A DNA stretch of 53,620 nt, taken from positions 1 through 53,620 of IMG/VR virus record IMGVR_UViG_3300037851_000502, one strand, 5' to 3'. Below the pieces are notes generated by a model. It was not told the origin of the DNA. It searched no databases and worked only from the letters and a program-made list of their open reading frames with translations. How positions within the stretch are numbered: the first letter of the stretch is position 1; each line of letters starts with the position of its first letter. Below are positions 26,543-36,982 of this stretch, one piece after another. The stretch is from a virus. Made by a program: the position numbers and the translations under genes.

Positions 26543-27850
26543 ATGGAACTGAATCTCGAACAACTGGAAGGCAAGCTCAAGGAATACAAGGGCTCCATCC
26601 AGACGGAAATTGACAATGTGAAGAAATCTGTGGACGGATTCGACGGCAAGGCAAAAGCCGCAGTCGAACCGCTCCAGAAAGACCTGTCGGACGTCCAGAA
26701 AACGCTGAACTCCATCCAGGAGCAGCTCAAAGTCGTGCAGGCCCAGCACGTCCCCGGCCTCAAGGACGAAGCAGCGAAAAAAGGTTTTGACCTCGGCGCT
26801 TTCGTTGGCGGAATCATGCGGGCCCGGCTCGGAATTTCCGACCCGTGGAAGTTCGCTGGACATGAAAAAGAGATGTGCGAACAGTCCATGAAGGTCCGTG
26901 ACGCCAGCAACTACGCCAGCGATGGAACTGCCGGCGGATACTTGGTCCCCGATGAGGCCCTTGCCCCCGTCGTGGACACCACCCTTGCCGAAATGCCCAT
27001 CATGGGTCTTGGCCCGACAGTCATTCGCGGTCTGGTCGGCCCCCTGCCGATTCCGCGGAAGACCGCCCGTTCGACCGGGTACATGGTCGGAGAGAATACC
27101 GCTCCCGCCCGCTCTGGTGCGACGTATGGGCTCACCACCCTTTCCCCGCACAAAATCGGAGCACAGACCGTGCAGAGCAATCGCCTGGCTTACCAGAGCC
27201 GCGGCGTGAGCGACCAGATAATCCGTCAGGATATCACGGATGCAATCGCCCTTAAGCTGGAATCCCAGCTTATCGACGGCGATGGCACCGGGTACAATCT
27301 GAAGGGTCTCGTGGCCCATACCGGTTTCACGTCAAGCGGCGTGACGGTTTCCGGGGCACGTTTCCGCGTGAAGGATGCAAGCTCGATGATTGCCGCAATC
27401 GAAGCGGCGGACGAGCTTCGCGCCGGCGGGCGGTACGGTTTCCTCATGCGCCCGCGCGTGAAGTGGGGCCTGAAGAAAGAGCGTGCGGAAATGTATTCCG
27501 GCCAGTCCGCAGACAACGGCGTTCCGATTATCGTCAATGCGCCCATCATGACTGATGACCAGCTTGCGGCCGCTCTCGGGTACAAGGTCGCGTCGACCTC
27601 TCTCATCGATTTCACATCGGCGACGCTGTCTCCGGTGTACTTCGGCAACTGGGCACAGCTCTACGTCGGTATCTGGAGGGACTTCTGGATAAAGGCGTCG
27701 GATGTGGCAGTGGACTCAAGCGGAAACAGCATGATGACCCAGGACAGCACGCTCATCGTCGCTTTCCAAGAAGTCGATTGCGCGGTTATCCGTGAAACGG
27801 CGTTCACCAAGGTCACCGGCGCGGACAGCACGGAAGCCAACTGGTCGTAA
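26543..27850 (+). CDS. Major capsid protein (HK97 fold)
   Basis: Follows the protease; N-terminal coiled-coil delta-like region; GGYLVPDE motif; 435 aa. Confidence 0.85.
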   Translation: MELNLEQLEGKLKEYKGSIQTEIDNVKKSVDGFDGKAKAAVEPLQKDLSDVQKTLNSIQEQLKVVQAQHVPGLKDEAAKKGFDLGAFVGGIMRARLGISDPWKFAGHEKEMCEQSMKVRDASNYASDGTAGGYLVPDEALAPVVDTTLAEMPIMGLGPTVIRGLVGPLPIPRKTARSTGYMVGENTAPARSGATYGLTTLSPHKIGAQTVQSNRLAYQSRGVSDQIIRQDITDAIALKLESQLIDGDGTGYNLKGLVAHTGFTSSGVTVSGARFRVKDASSMIAAIEAADELRAGGRYGFLMRPRVKWGLKKERAEMYSGQSADNGVPIIVNAPIMTDDQLAAALGYKVASTSLIDFTSATLSPVYFGNWAQLYVGIWRDFWIKASDVAVDSSGNSMMTQDSTLIVAFQEVDCAVIRETAFTKVTGADSTEANWS

Positions 27851-27893
27851 ACTGAATTGAAACCAAAACGAGAGCCCTGAAAGGTCCGATTAT

Positions 27894-28334
27894 ATGAGAT
27901 ACGGTAAACTTGTTGAAGACGTCAAAACCGTCGTCATGCACCCGGGAATCGGGCAGGTGACAGCGGCTACCGCCACGTATGGCGGCGCGGGCGTCGATAC
28001 CCAGGGATTCAGGGACGCCAAAATCGTGCTTAATGTTGGTACGTGCTTGGGCCCGACGACTCTCGGGGTCGAAATCTGCGAGAACAGTGCGAACTCTCCG
28101 GTCGGGTCCATCCCGATTACCGGCGCGGCGTTTCTGGTATCGGCAACGAATGACCAGAATGTCCTCGTCGGGAATGTCCAGGGTACGAAGCGGTACCTGT
28201 TTGCCAGAGCGGTAGCGAGTGCCCCGGGTTCACCGACCATCACCGGTCTGGGAATCACGGCGGAACTCGGCGACGCGGTCTCGGCTCCTGTGAGCCAGTC
28301 GCAGACTGTCGCATTCGACGTCGGGGTTCAGTGA
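27894..28334 (+). CDS. Hypothetical head protein (possible decoration/cement)
   Basis: Position directly after the capsid gene; small Gly/Ala/Thr-rich protein. Confidence 0.5.
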   Translation: MRYGKLVEDVKTVVMHPGIGQVTAATATYGGAGVDTQGFRDAKIVLNVGTCLGPTTLGVEICENSANSPVGSIPITGAAFLVSATNDQNVLVGNVQGTKRYLFARAVASAPGSPTITGLGITAELGDAVSAPVSQSQTVAFDVGVQ

Positions 28335-28393
28335 TTTTGTTTCTGGGGGAGGGGCCTTCGGGCTCTTCCCCTATGTAAAGAGGAAAAGTAACC

Positions 28394-29236
28394 ATGTTTC
28401 TATCAAGCTATAATCGTTTAATCAGGTATCTGTCTCGCGGGGACAATGCGATGACGGACAATGAAAAGAATCGTCGGGATATCCTGGTGTGGTTGCCCGC
28501 GGTCTCAGCACAGATTGAGCGGTATCTCAATCGTTCCCTGACAATCGAAAGCAGGACGGAATATTTCGATGTGAACTTCAATACGAAAGAATTTTTCCCT
28601 GCGGCCATACCCATTATATCCGTGACAAGTCTGTACATGGATTCATCGGGTAAGTTCGACGGGAGTTCTGAGTCTGAAATCGAGTCGGATGACTATGTGA
28701 TAGGGGTTGAAGACAGGTCAATAATTTATCCCTTTGGTTTTGGATGGACGGCACGAAGGTCTGTCCGTTTGATATACACCGCGGGGCTTGCATACGACGG
28801 GGTAAAGAGCACGTATGCGATAACCATTTCCTCTGGTTCGTTTGCAACCGGGACCTATTGCATAGGTGAATCAAGCGGGGCGGTCGGCCTGATAACCACT
28901 GGTGGAGCAACTTCGATAATCGTCGAAGTGCTCTATGGAAAGTTTTTAGCGGGGGAAACGCTTCACTCGCATACGACGGAAGCCGCGACAGAATCGGAAT
29001 CAGGTGTCGCGGTACTGGATACAAAAACGAGGGAAGCCCTTTGTGAATCCTACCCGGAAATCACTACTGCCTGTGAAATACAGACCCGGTATATGTGGCA
29101 TAATAAAATGGGCTTCGAGAACATCGGCACACAGCAGAACGGCGAAAGCACCCGCCGCGGGGTGTCCTCTGATTTTGAGTTCCTGCAGCCGGAAGCCATT
29201 GCCATGCTTCAGATGCTCAGTCGAAAAGTCGTATGA
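28394..29236 (+). CDS. Head-tail connector (gp6-like N-terminal domain) protein
   Basis: ILVWLPAVSAQIERYLNRSL...EYF resembles the gp6-like adaptor pattern; SD AAGAGGAAAAG. Confidence 0.5.
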   Translation: MFLSSYNRLIRYLSRGDNAMTDNEKNRRDILVWLPAVSAQIERYLNRSLTIESRTEYFDVNFNTKEFFPAAIPIISVTSLYMDSSGKFDGSSESEIESDDYVIGVEDRSIIYPFGFGWTARRSVRLIYTAGLAYDGVKSTYAITISSGSFATGTYCIGESSGAVGLITTGGATSIIVEVLYGKFLAGETLHSHTTEAATESESGVAVLDTKTREALCESYPEITTACEIQTRYMWHNKMGFENIGTQQNGESTRRGVSSDFEFLQPEAIAMLQMLSRKVV

Positions 29237-29823
29237 TAACCTTCACAGTAAAGACAGATTTCTTGAAAAAGGCATTGGAGACAAAGGGCCTCCATATCCT
29301 GAAGGCTATGAAGCGCGGGATGCAACTCGGGATGTATAAATTTGAGGCCGAGATTGAACGGACGCAGCTTGTTGGACGGCCTGGTTTAAAACGAGGTTCT
29401 GGCAACCTTGCAAAAAGTTTCATAGTAGAAACACAAGAATATGGGAAATTTGATTTTTTGGTTAGGCTTGCATCGAGATCAAAGTATGCTGCAATACATC
29501 AATTTGGAGGGCGGATAGTTCCTCGAAATGCACGGGCGTTGACAATTCCTGTACACCATGATGCGAAGAACCATTTCGCTCGGGACTTCGGGGACAACCT
29601 AATCTTTCTTCCACCGAGAAACGGGAAGCCTCCAATGCTTGCCCGTCATAAGTTCGGCGGGGGTAAAAAATTACGCTCTGTTGGTCTGGAAATAATGTAT
29701 GTACTTTTGAAATCTGTATATATCCCGAAGCGATTACGAATACTCGAAGCGTATAAACGAGTTGGGCCAGCGATGATAGGAGACGAGATATTTAAACAAA
29801 TGCGAATAGCTTTACAAAAATAA
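29233..29823 (+). CDS. Virion morphogenesis / head-tail joining protein
   Basis: GRPGLKRGSGNLAKSF ... KYAAIHQFGGRIVPRNARALTIP resembles the Mu gpG / tail-completion family pattern. Confidence 0.55.
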   Translation: MITFTVKTDFLKKALETKGLHILKAMKRGMQLGMYKFEAEIERTQLVGRPGLKRGSGNLAKSFIVETQEYGKFDFLVRLASRSKYAAIHQFGGRIVPRNARALTIPVHHDAKNHFARDFGDNLIFLPPRNGKPPMLARHKFGGGKKLRSVGLEIMYVLLKSVYIPKRLRILEAYKRVGPAMIGDEIFKQMRIALQK

Positions 29824-29834
29824 AAGGAGAGCCG

Positions 29835-30515
29835 ATGAAGAGAGTCATTTCTTTTTCCCTCTGGGGTGATAATCCCGGATACTGCATTGGCGCGGTGGAA
29901 AACGCCAAGCGGGCCCCGAATTTTTATCCGGGATGGGTCTGCCGGTTTTACTGTGATACGAAAGTCCCTGAAGAATATGTCAAACAGCTTCTTGATTTGG
30001 GGTGCGAGGTCTATAAACGGCCGGAATCAATCGACAATCTCGGGTTGTATTGGAGATTCGAGCCGATGTTTGATGACCCTGATATCGAGCGGTTTATCGT
30101 CCGGGACACTGATTCACGGTTGAACGGCCGTGAGTCCGAGGCCGTGTATGAGTGGATTGAAAGCGATTTACCGTTTCACCTCATCCGGGATAATCCTGGG
30201 CATAATATTGAGATTTGCGGCGGGCTTTGGGGGAGCAAGGCGCGGGTCATTCCAGAATTTCCTATTCTGATGAAGGCTTGGCTTGAGACACTTGTCCCGG
30301 ACCAGAAGAACCCGCGCGGAATTTACCACGGCACGGACCAGCTTTTCCTTTGCAAATATATATGGCCGTTTATAAAGAACTGCCACATGGCCCATGACGA
30401 ATATTTTCAGTATACCGGGAGAGAGCGACCGTTCAAAACGAAACTCCGGAGAGATGGTTATGTCGGTATGGTTTACACGACGATGGATGCCGACCGGGTG
30501 GAGGTGGTACAATGA
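29835..30515 (+). CDS. Putative glycosyltransferase (DXD-type)
   Basis: FSLWGDNPGY, YPGWVCRFYCD, acidic RDTDSR, GGLWGSK. SD AAGGAGAGCC. Confidence 0.5.
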   Translation: MKRVISFSLWGDNPGYCIGAVENAKRAPNFYPGWVCRFYCDTKVPEEYVKQLLDLGCEVYKRPESIDNLGLYWRFEPMFDDPDIERFIVRDTDSRLNGRESEAVYEWIESDLPFHLIRDNPGHNIEICGGLWGSKARVIPEFPILMKAWLETLVPDQKNPRGIYHGTDQLFLCKYIWPFIKNCHMAHDEYFQYTGRERPFKTKLRRDGYVGMVYTTMDADRVEVVQ

Positions 30516-31243
30516 ACATCATTCTCATGGCCCCGACATATAAACGCTGGAAGACTTCTCTTCCCGTTTTTATTACCTCAGCTTTACAAACAGCGAAAGA
30601 CCCTGATTCGATAAAGTTCTGTTTCTGTGTCAATGCGAAAGACCAAGGCACGCAGCAATTTCTTTTGAGTTATCAATGGCCTGCGAATGTAGAGCATGAA
30701 ACGCTTATCGAAAACCTCGTTCAACCGAATTTGTCAATGTATTTCAACATGATGGCAGAGCGTTCCCGGTTTGTCGATGAGGGTTGTATATTGACCATGC
30801 TCGGGGACGATATGGAATTTGTCACCCCAGGATGGGATATTGCAATCAAAAGAGAAATCGAAACGCATAAGGGTATCGGGGTTTTCTGGTGCGATGATGA
30901 TTACATCGCGCACGAGCAACTCCCAGTGAATCTTTTCGTCACATGGAAATTCTGGAAGGCAACGAGGAAGCCGTTCATGTGTCCATTGTTCGCTGCGGAT
31001 ATGATAGATGTCGTGTGGTATCTCGTGGGCAAGCTCACGCATACGCTTCACTATCTTGAAGACACGGTTATCAGACACAATCACAGCACCCGTGTTCCTG
31101 CGGCGATGTATGATGAGACCTTTCAGAGACTTCGGCCGCTCCAGCGTTCGGCAAGCAATAAGCAGAACGGTAAAATCGCTTCGATATATGCTTCGATAGT
31201 TGCTGGAAATCTTATCGAAGAGGGTATGGGTTCATGGACATAA
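30512..31243 (+). CDS. Putative GT-A fold glycosyltransferase
   Basis: N-terminal IILMAPTYKR strand, LGDDMEF acidic motif. Confidence 0.45.
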   Translation: MNIILMAPTYKRWKTSLPVFITSALQTAKDPDSIKFCFCVNAKDQGTQQFLLSYQWPANVEHETLIENLVQPNLSMYFNMMAERSRFVDEGCILTMLGDDMEFVTPGWDIAIKREIETHKGIGVFWCDDDYIAHEQLPVNLFVTWKFWKATRKPFMCPLFAADMIDVVWYLVGKLTHTLHYLEDTVIRHNHSTRVPAAMYDETFQRLRPLQRSASNKQNGKIASIYASIVAGNLIEEGMGSWT

Positions 31244-31812
31244 AATTATCCATACTTATTTGCACATTGCCGACAGTGTATCGGATGAATTGCCTCCAGT
31301 CATTGCGGGATTATCTCCAATCCCAGGCAATTCAGGAAGGGTCGGTTGAAGTATTGACGGATGATACTCCGGGGATTCCTATCGGCAAGAAAAGAAATGA
31401 CCTTGTTCATGCTGCAACCGGGGAGTATGTCTGCTTCGTCGATGATGACGACCGGGTATCGAAGAACTATATCCGGAATATTCTTTCAGCGGTTAAAAGT
31501 TCCCCGGATGTAGTCGGGTTGAACGGGGTGATATTTTTCAGCAGCAATTATCCGAGGAAATTCATCCATTCGATACAGTGCAGCGGATGGGTTGACGCTC
31601 CCCCGGTATACTATCGGACGCCGAATCATTTGAACCCTATCCGTCGGGAATTGGTCCTTGATTGCCCGTTCAATTCGCTTTCAAGTCATGGCGAAGACAG
31701 GGAATTCTCAGATGATATTCGTTCGCTCTTGAAAAAAGAGGTGTATGTCGATTCGCCGCTGTATTATTACATGAGTTCATTGGCCCTATGCGTAAATCGA
31801 TACTTGAAATAA
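31234..31812 (+). CDS. Family 2 glycosyltransferase
   Basis: LSILICT..., GKKRNDLVHAATGEYVCFVDDDD. Confidence 0.75.
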   Translation: MDIKLSILICTLPTVYRMNCLQSLRDYLQSQAIQEGSVEVLTDDTPGIPIGKKRNDLVHAATGEYVCFVDDDDRVSKNYIRNILSAVKSSPDVVGLNGVIFFSSNYPRKFIHSIQCSGWVDAPPVYYRTPNHLNPIRRELVLDCPFNSLSSHGEDREFSDDIRSLLKKEVYVDSPLYYYMSSLALCVNRYLK

Positions 31813-31895
31813 TTGCCATTATCGCTGCGTTCGTGGTAGCTGCGGTAATTGGTTTGTATTTTGCAACCCTTTACGTCAAATGAAGGAGAGCCGAG

Positions 31896-32984
31896 ATGAA
31901 ATTCTTTAATATCGACCAGCATATCAGCGTGATTGCTGATATGAAAGGTATCTTCGAGAAGCTGGGCCATTCTATTCACGATATCTGTCTGTCAGGCCAT
32001 GCGCCCATTATGGGAAGAAAAAGGGATTCTATTCCTATGCTTGACGGAGACAAATGGTGTGGCATGGTCCAGAGAAAAATATGGGATGAGTTTTATGATA
32101 CATACGCGGCGGAGTTAGAGCAATTCGATGGATTTATTACCTGTTACCCCCCGCTTTTTGCGTATCTGTATAAACGGTTCAAGAAACCAATCATCATAAA
32201 TATTCCTATCCGGTATGAGTATCCGTGTCAATCTTCTGCGGATGACTGGAATGCTTTTAATGACTTTCTAATCGAGGGTATTGACGAGGGTAGATATTAT
32301 CTCGTGGCGAACAATGTCTATGACCAGAAATATACAGAGCTTTTCCTCAATCGAAAAGTCGAGTATATCCCATCCCTCTGCGAGTACACAAAGGCCATCT
32401 ATAAACCGACACGCGATGAAGTTCTGTATTACTTTCCGTGCTCGATTGATGAACTCGACCCGGTGTTATTCCGGCGCAAGCACGAGTCGCTTCCTTTCGG
32501 GCATACCTGGCAGGACGTGGCGAATTTCAAGGCCGTTGTCCATTTTCCCTATAACGTGTCAACGATGTCCACGTTCGAGCACTACATGGCGGGCATTCCG
32601 ATACTCTGCCCTCATCGGGAATTTGCCCTCGAATTATATCGGAAAAAGTATCGGATAATGGAACAGAATTCATGGGTATCGACTTTCGGCCGACCGGCGG
32701 GATCCGTGATTAAACGGGATTGGCCGCTTGGATTTGACCCGAATGACTATACGAATGAGCAGTCCATGAATTACTGGATGCATTACGCCGATTATTGGAA
32801 CAATGACGCCATGCCGGATATCATTCATTTTGATTCCTTTCAACGTCTGCACCAGCTCGCCCGTTCACTTCAGTGGAATGTCATCCACAACATGATGATG
32901 AAGACGAATGAGAAGCGGAAGACCGTCGTATATACGCGATGGGGTGTGCTTTTGGAAAGGATTAAAAATGACCATCACCTGTGA
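31896..32984 (+). CDS. Hypothetical protein, possibly a GT-B-like glycosyltransferase
   Basis: Robust ORF with SD GAAGGAGAGCC. The C-terminal VVHFPYNVSTMSTFEHYMAGIPILCP resembles the GT-B E..G.P motif; the function call is weak. Confidence 0.4.
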   Translation: MKFFNIDQHISVIADMKGIFEKLGHSIHDICLSGHAPIMGRKRDSIPMLDGDKWCGMVQRKIWDEFYDTYAAELEQFDGFITCYPPLFAYLYKRFKKPIIINIPIRYEYPCQSSADDWNAFNDFLIEGIDEGRYYLVANNVYDQKYTELFLNRKVEYIPSLCEYTKAIYKPTRDEVLYYFPCSIDELDPVLFRRKHESLPFGHTWQDVANFKAVVHFPYNVSTMSTFEHYMAGIPILCPHREFALELYRKKYRIMEQNSWVSTFGRPAGSVIKRDWPLGFDPNDYTNEQSMNYWMHYADYWNNDAMPDIIHFDSFQRLHQLARSLQWNVIHNMMMKTNEKRKTVVYTRWGVLLERIKNDHHL

Positions 32985-34398
32985 TTTTGAATCCGGGAGT
33001 GAAATATACCGGGACGGATGGAAGGCCATCGAATTCGCAAAGTCAATTCCTGAAACGGTGCACCCTGAAAAAACGGATATCCATTTTTATTGGCGGGAGC
33101 CGCTTCCTTTCGGCAGGAAACAAGCGGCGTGCATAAAGTCGGCAATTGTTTCTCAAAATCTTGACAATGTTCGTATTCACTTGTGGTCAAACTCAGACCT
33201 TTCAAGGAATGAATGGGTACAGCCGATTGAGCGACATATTTATTTGCACCACTATGATGCAAAGGTAGAGGCCCGGGGGACGCCGCTTGAAGGATGGGCG
33301 GGGCTTGATAAAGATGATGAGTTATGCTGGCTTGGCGGGGACCTATTCAGGCTTCTTATCCTTTACAGATACGGTGGGGTTTATGTTGATTGTGATGTCC
33401 TTCTTCTCCGGGACCTTGCGCCGTTACTCGGACAGGAATTCCTGTATCAATGGGGTACGGAACTCGATAAGATGAACGGCGCGGTCATGAGACTTTTCGC
33501 AAAGTCGAAGACTGCCGAGAATCTTTTGACTATGATTCCGCGTATGCCCGCGGGCGTGAAGAGCACTGACTGGGGTTCGACGTTATACGGAGAAGTCAGA
33601 AAGTTCGACAAATCTTTCACAGTGTTTCCTTGTGCTTTCTTCAATACCGAATGGCAGCTATACATCAACATGGGCGAATCTGCACATCCTTTTAAAAAAG
33701 GAAATGACTCGCACTGGGATTTCGAAGGTGTATTTGCATGGCACTGGCATAATAAATGGGATGTACCGATTGAAGAGGGGTCGAAGTTCCACCGTCTTGA
33801 AGCAAGGATAAATGAGAAATATGCCCATGGTTTTGATGTTATGGTCGACAAAGAGCATCGGCACCTCGGCGGGAACTATGGCGGCGGGGACCCGGGGACA
33901 TTTTATCCAGAGTTATGGCGTCATATCATTGATACATACTCGATAAAGAGTGTTCTTGATGTCGGGTGCGGGGAAGGTCGTGCGGTGGCTTTTTTCCTCT
34001 GTCTTGGTATTCCTGCCGTGGGGATAGACGGAATGCAGGGGAATATCGATAAGTGCCCGAATACCTGCCGGAAACACGATATCACGACAGGGTCTTACCG
34101 GGATATCGGGGATTATGACCTGGTTTGGTGTTGTGAAGTCGTGGAACATATCGAAGAAAGGTTCGTCGATAACTTGATAAAGAGCCTTTCGAACGGGCGG
34201 TATGTGTGTATGACCTTCGCTCCCCCTGGTATGCGCGGGTATCACCATGTGAATTGTCAACCGGCAGAGTATTGGATTTCAAAGATGGACGCTGCCGGAT
34301 ATCAATACCTTGACCGTGAAACAAAGACCATGGCTGAATTCGGGAATGCCCGGTTTAAAGAGAATGGTCTGTTTTTTGTGCGGAGGGAAAATGTATAA
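32968..34398 (+). CDS. Bifunctional GT32-like glycosyltransferase / class I SAM-dependent methyltransferase
   Basis: GDLFRLLILYRYGGVYVDCDVLLL (GT32 DXD region). C-terminal VLDVGCGEGRAV (motif I) and DLVWCCEVVEHI. I prefer the ATG at 32968. Confidence 0.7.
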   Translation: MTITCDFESGSEIYRDGWKAIEFAKSIPETVHPEKTDIHFYWREPLPFGRKQAACIKSAIVSQNLDNVRIHLWSNSDLSRNEWVQPIERHIYLHHYDAKVEARGTPLEGWAGLDKDDELCWLGGDLFRLLILYRYGGVYVDCDVLLLRDLAPLLGQEFLYQWGTELDKMNGAVMRLFAKSKTAENLLTMIPRMPAGVKSTDWGSTLYGEVRKFDKSFTVFPCAFFNTEWQLYINMGESAHPFKKGNDSHWDFEGVFAWHWHNKWDVPIEEGSKFHRLEARINEKYAHGFDVMVDKEHRHLGGNYGGGDPGTFYPELWRHIIDTYSIKSVLDVGCGEGRAVAFFLCLGIPAVGIDGMQGNIDKCPNTCRKHDITTGSYRDIGDYDLVWCCEVVEHIEERFVDNLIKSLSNGRYVCMTFAPPGMRGYHHVNCQPAEYWISKMDAAGYQYLDRETKTMAEFGNARFKENGLFFVRRENV

Positions 34399-35224
34399 CT
34401 TTGATTTTTCCTCTGAAGTTTTTCATGGAGATATGTTCGGGGACATCGCTGATGTGGCGATACGGGCAGAGCCGACAATGGACCAGGCGCAGAAGATACT
34501 TTCCGGCCCGGGGGTGATTTTCTGTAAAACGGATTACCTTGATTATCTTTGGAATATCCTTGAGCAACAGAATGAAAATCAGTATGTGCTTATTACCCAC
34601 AACTCTGATTTTCATATCGACGCTGAAAGATATTCTCGTCGTATTCATATCAAAAAATGGTTTGCTTTGAACGTGGACCACATCGATGAGGACCTTATCC
34701 CTATCCCCAGTGGCATGGAGAGACCCCTTGGCGGGGGTTACTCCAGTGATAAAACGGTTCTTGCGAAACGATTGCAGGAACCCAGAGTGCGGCAGAACCT
34801 CGCATACATGAATCACAATGCGAACAATAATCACGGGGCCCGGGATTTTATCACGGAAAACCTTAAAAATCAGCACTGGGTAACGTGGCGGCCGCACGGG
34901 CAATCTTTTTATGACTTCATCAAGAATTGTTATGAGCATGATTTTGTAATCTCCCCCGAGGGAAACGGAATTGATTGTCATCGGACGTGGGAAGCCCTTT
35001 GGATGGGCGCGATTCCGGTAGTCAAAGAAAGCTATTTGACAAGCTCCTTCAGCTCTTTGCCGATGCTCATTGTCGAAGACTGGTCGATAGTTACCGAAGA
35101 ACTTTTGACTATCGTAAAAGAAGATTATGACAAAAAAGAATTTAACTATGAGAAATTGACCTTTTCATACTGGAAAAACCGTATACTATCTGAGAAGGAA
35201 CATCTGTGTATAAAGAGCGAATAG
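34391..35224 (+). CDS. Exostosin (GT47)-like glycosyltransferase
   Basis: ISPEGNGIDCHRTWEALWMGAIPVV resembles the exostosin C-terminal motif. ATG at 34391 with a GGAGGGA SD. Confidence 0.5.
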   Translation: MYNFDFSSEVFHGDMFGDIADVAIRAEPTMDQAQKILSGPGVIFCKTDYLDYLWNILEQQNENQYVLITHNSDFHIDAERYSRRIHIKKWFALNVDHIDEDLIPIPSGMERPLGGGYSSDKTVLAKRLQEPRVRQNLAYMNHNANNNHGARDFITENLKNQHWVTWRPHGQSFYDFIKNCYEHDFVISPEGNGIDCHRTWEALWMGAIPVVKESYLTSSFSSLPMLIVEDWSIVTEELLTIVKEDYDKKEFNYEKLTFSYWKNRILSEKEHLCIKSE

Positions 35225-35790
35225 ATTTTGAGTTCGTAAAGCAGCTTTACTCTGTCGGGGAGAGCGGGGAAGGTTCGCTTTTTCTTAATGCTGCGGAGCC
35301 AATGAACCTCCAGCTCGATTTCATGGAGTCCGTCCTTCTCGAATATAAGCCGAAAACTATCCTTGAAATCGGTACGCATAAGGCTGGATTCGATTATTTC
35401 TGCTGCCTCTGTCTCCCGGAAGTAAAAATCACGACGATTGATATCGCTTCATGGAGCAAAGACGCGGTGAAAATGGTCAATGATAGATTCGAGGATAGGG
35501 TAGAGCATATCTGCGGTGGGTCCCATGAGACGATGGAAGCCGAAGCGTTCAAAAATCGTCGGTATGAAATGGCATATGTTGACGGATATCATGAATACAG
35601 CCACTCACTCCGGGATATTATGAACTGTATTAATATCACTAAGGTCCCCTTATTGCTGATAGATGACGCAGGAAGCTATGTCATGGACAGGGTATTTGCT
35701 TTATTAAAGACGACAAATCCAGAATATACGTTTATAAAACGCACCCCGGATGGCGATGAGAGAAAATTGACGCTGATTGGAAAGCTATGA
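35206..35790 (+). CDS. Class I SAM-dependent methyltransferase
   Basis: ILEIGTHKAGFDYF (motif I), AYVDGYHEYS; GTG start with GAAGGAA. Confidence 0.6.
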   Translation: MYKERIDFEFVKQLYSVGESGEGSLFLNAAEPMNLQLDFMESVLLEYKPKTILEIGTHKAGFDYFCCLCLPEVKITTIDIASWSKDAVKMVNDRFEDRVEHICGGSHETMEAEAFKNRRYEMAYVDGYHEYSHSLRDIMNCINITKVPLLLIDDAGSYVMDRVFALLKTTNPEYTFIKRTPDGDERKLTLIGKL

Positions 35791-36416
35791 GACAAGTACC
35801 AAATAGCGAAAAATTCAGTGACGGCGGGCGCGGTATTGAGGTACCTATTCTTCAGGAATTTCTAAAAGAGGTTTCAGGAAAGCGGATAGCTGACTTTGGG
35901 TGCGGGGGGAAGGGTGAAGGTAAGCCGAAAACATTTGCCCAGTATCCGGTGGACGTTCTGAAAAACAATGAAATCCATGTGTATGATTGCCAGGACATTG
36001 AGGGTGTTCCGGGGTTCTTTTGCCATAAGCACGATTTGACTGATGCGATCGACCTCCCCGATTACTTTGATATGGCAACTTGCATTTCAGTCATCGAGCA
36101 TACTCATCATGACGTATACCGGAATAAAGTCGTGACGAATGCGGATGCGCTTTGCATAAATACAATGCTTTCCTCTTTGGTAACCGGCGGGGAATTGCTT
36201 GTCACCGTGCCTTCGAGCAGTTATTCATACAACCCGGCAGAATGGATACACAGCTATTCGCAGCCGGAACTTTATGCATTCAAGCCGGATAAAATTCGCT
36301 GGTTCATGTTCCATAAAATATGGTTTGAGCTTGAACCCGGGGACAGTCTTATCGATAAGCATGTCGGTGATATTATACAGGTGGCAGCACTATACTTTAA
36401 AAGGAGAGCCGTATGA
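35787..36416 (+). CDS. Class I SAM-dependent methyltransferase
   Basis: IADFGCGGKG (motif I), CISVIEHT; ATGA coupling at both ends. Confidence 0.6.
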   Translation: MRQVPNSEKFSDGGRGIEVPILQEFLKEVSGKRIADFGCGGKGEGKPKTFAQYPVDVLKNNEIHVYDCQDIEGVPGFFCHKHDLTDAIDLPDYFDMATCISVIEHTHHDVYRNKVVTNADALCINTMLSSLVTGGELLVTVPSSSYSYNPAEWIHSYSQPELYAFKPDKIRWFMFHKIWFELEPGDSLIDKHVGDIIQVAALYFKRRAV

Positions 36417-36982
36417 GTTTTATGCAACCGGATTTCGAGAGAGACAGATATGAGGGGCAGATGAACCCGGAGGAGAGGCGTCTTTTATATGAGACCGTTA
36501 TCGCTCAAAAGCCGGAAGTCGTGATGGAGGTCGGGACATGCCGGGGCGGAGGTACGACGTATTTTATTTCCTGCGCCTTGAACAATCTCGGGCAGGGCGT
36601 TCTCTACACGGTTGAAAATAACCCCGATTTTTTCAACTGGGCGCTTTCTCTGTATTCGAAAGAGGGTCCTTTGCATGACCTTGGCCCGTATGTGAAATTC
36701 AACTTCGGGAACAGTCTCGAAGTATATCCGCCGATTATTCACGAACTCGGCAAGGTAGATATCGCGATGCTTGACAGCGGGGAGGATTCAATGCAGACGC
36801 TATGGGACTTTGCGCTCATGCGGCCGTTTATTCCTGTCGGCGGGTGCCTGATTCTCCATGACTGGGACAACGGGAAGACGGATTACATTCGGCCTATCGT
36901 GAACAATGATGCGGACTGGCTTGTTGAAAAAGTAGTTCTCGGGCTTGCCGTCGTGAGGAGGGTCAATGATATCCACAAGTAA
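36413..36982 (+). CDS. Class I SAM-dependent methyltransferase (O-methyltransferase-like)
   Basis: VMEVGTCRGGGTTYF (motif I), AMLDSGED. Confidence 0.55.
   Translation: MSFMQPDFERDRYEGQMNPEERRLLYETVIAQKPEVVMEVGTCRGGGTTYFISCALNNLGQGVLYTVENNPDFFNWALSLYSKEGPLHDLGPYVKFNFGNSLEVYPPIIHELGKVDIAMLDSGEDSMQTLWDFALMRPFIPVGGCLILHDWDNGKTDYIRPIVNNDADWLVEKVVLGLAVVRRVNDIHK

Noticed and set aside
26159-27319. 386-aa minus-strand ORF, along with other long antisense or alternate-frame ORFs. Examples: 38825-39832, 2002-2745, 11686-12468, 20105-21061, 37032-37736, 34355-34981, 47298-48032, 24577-25131, 41099-41617.
   Set aside because: Each lies antisense to, or in another frame of, a gene with strong motif support (capsid, tube, integrase, polymerase, terL, GT2, tape measure and so on). 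Their translations are low-complexity (Arg/Gly/Ser/Pro-rich), they lack an SD, and they do not fit operon coupling. The two overlaps I do take seriously (23415-24140 and 52167-52979) differ because they have SD and ATG signals and family-like motifs.
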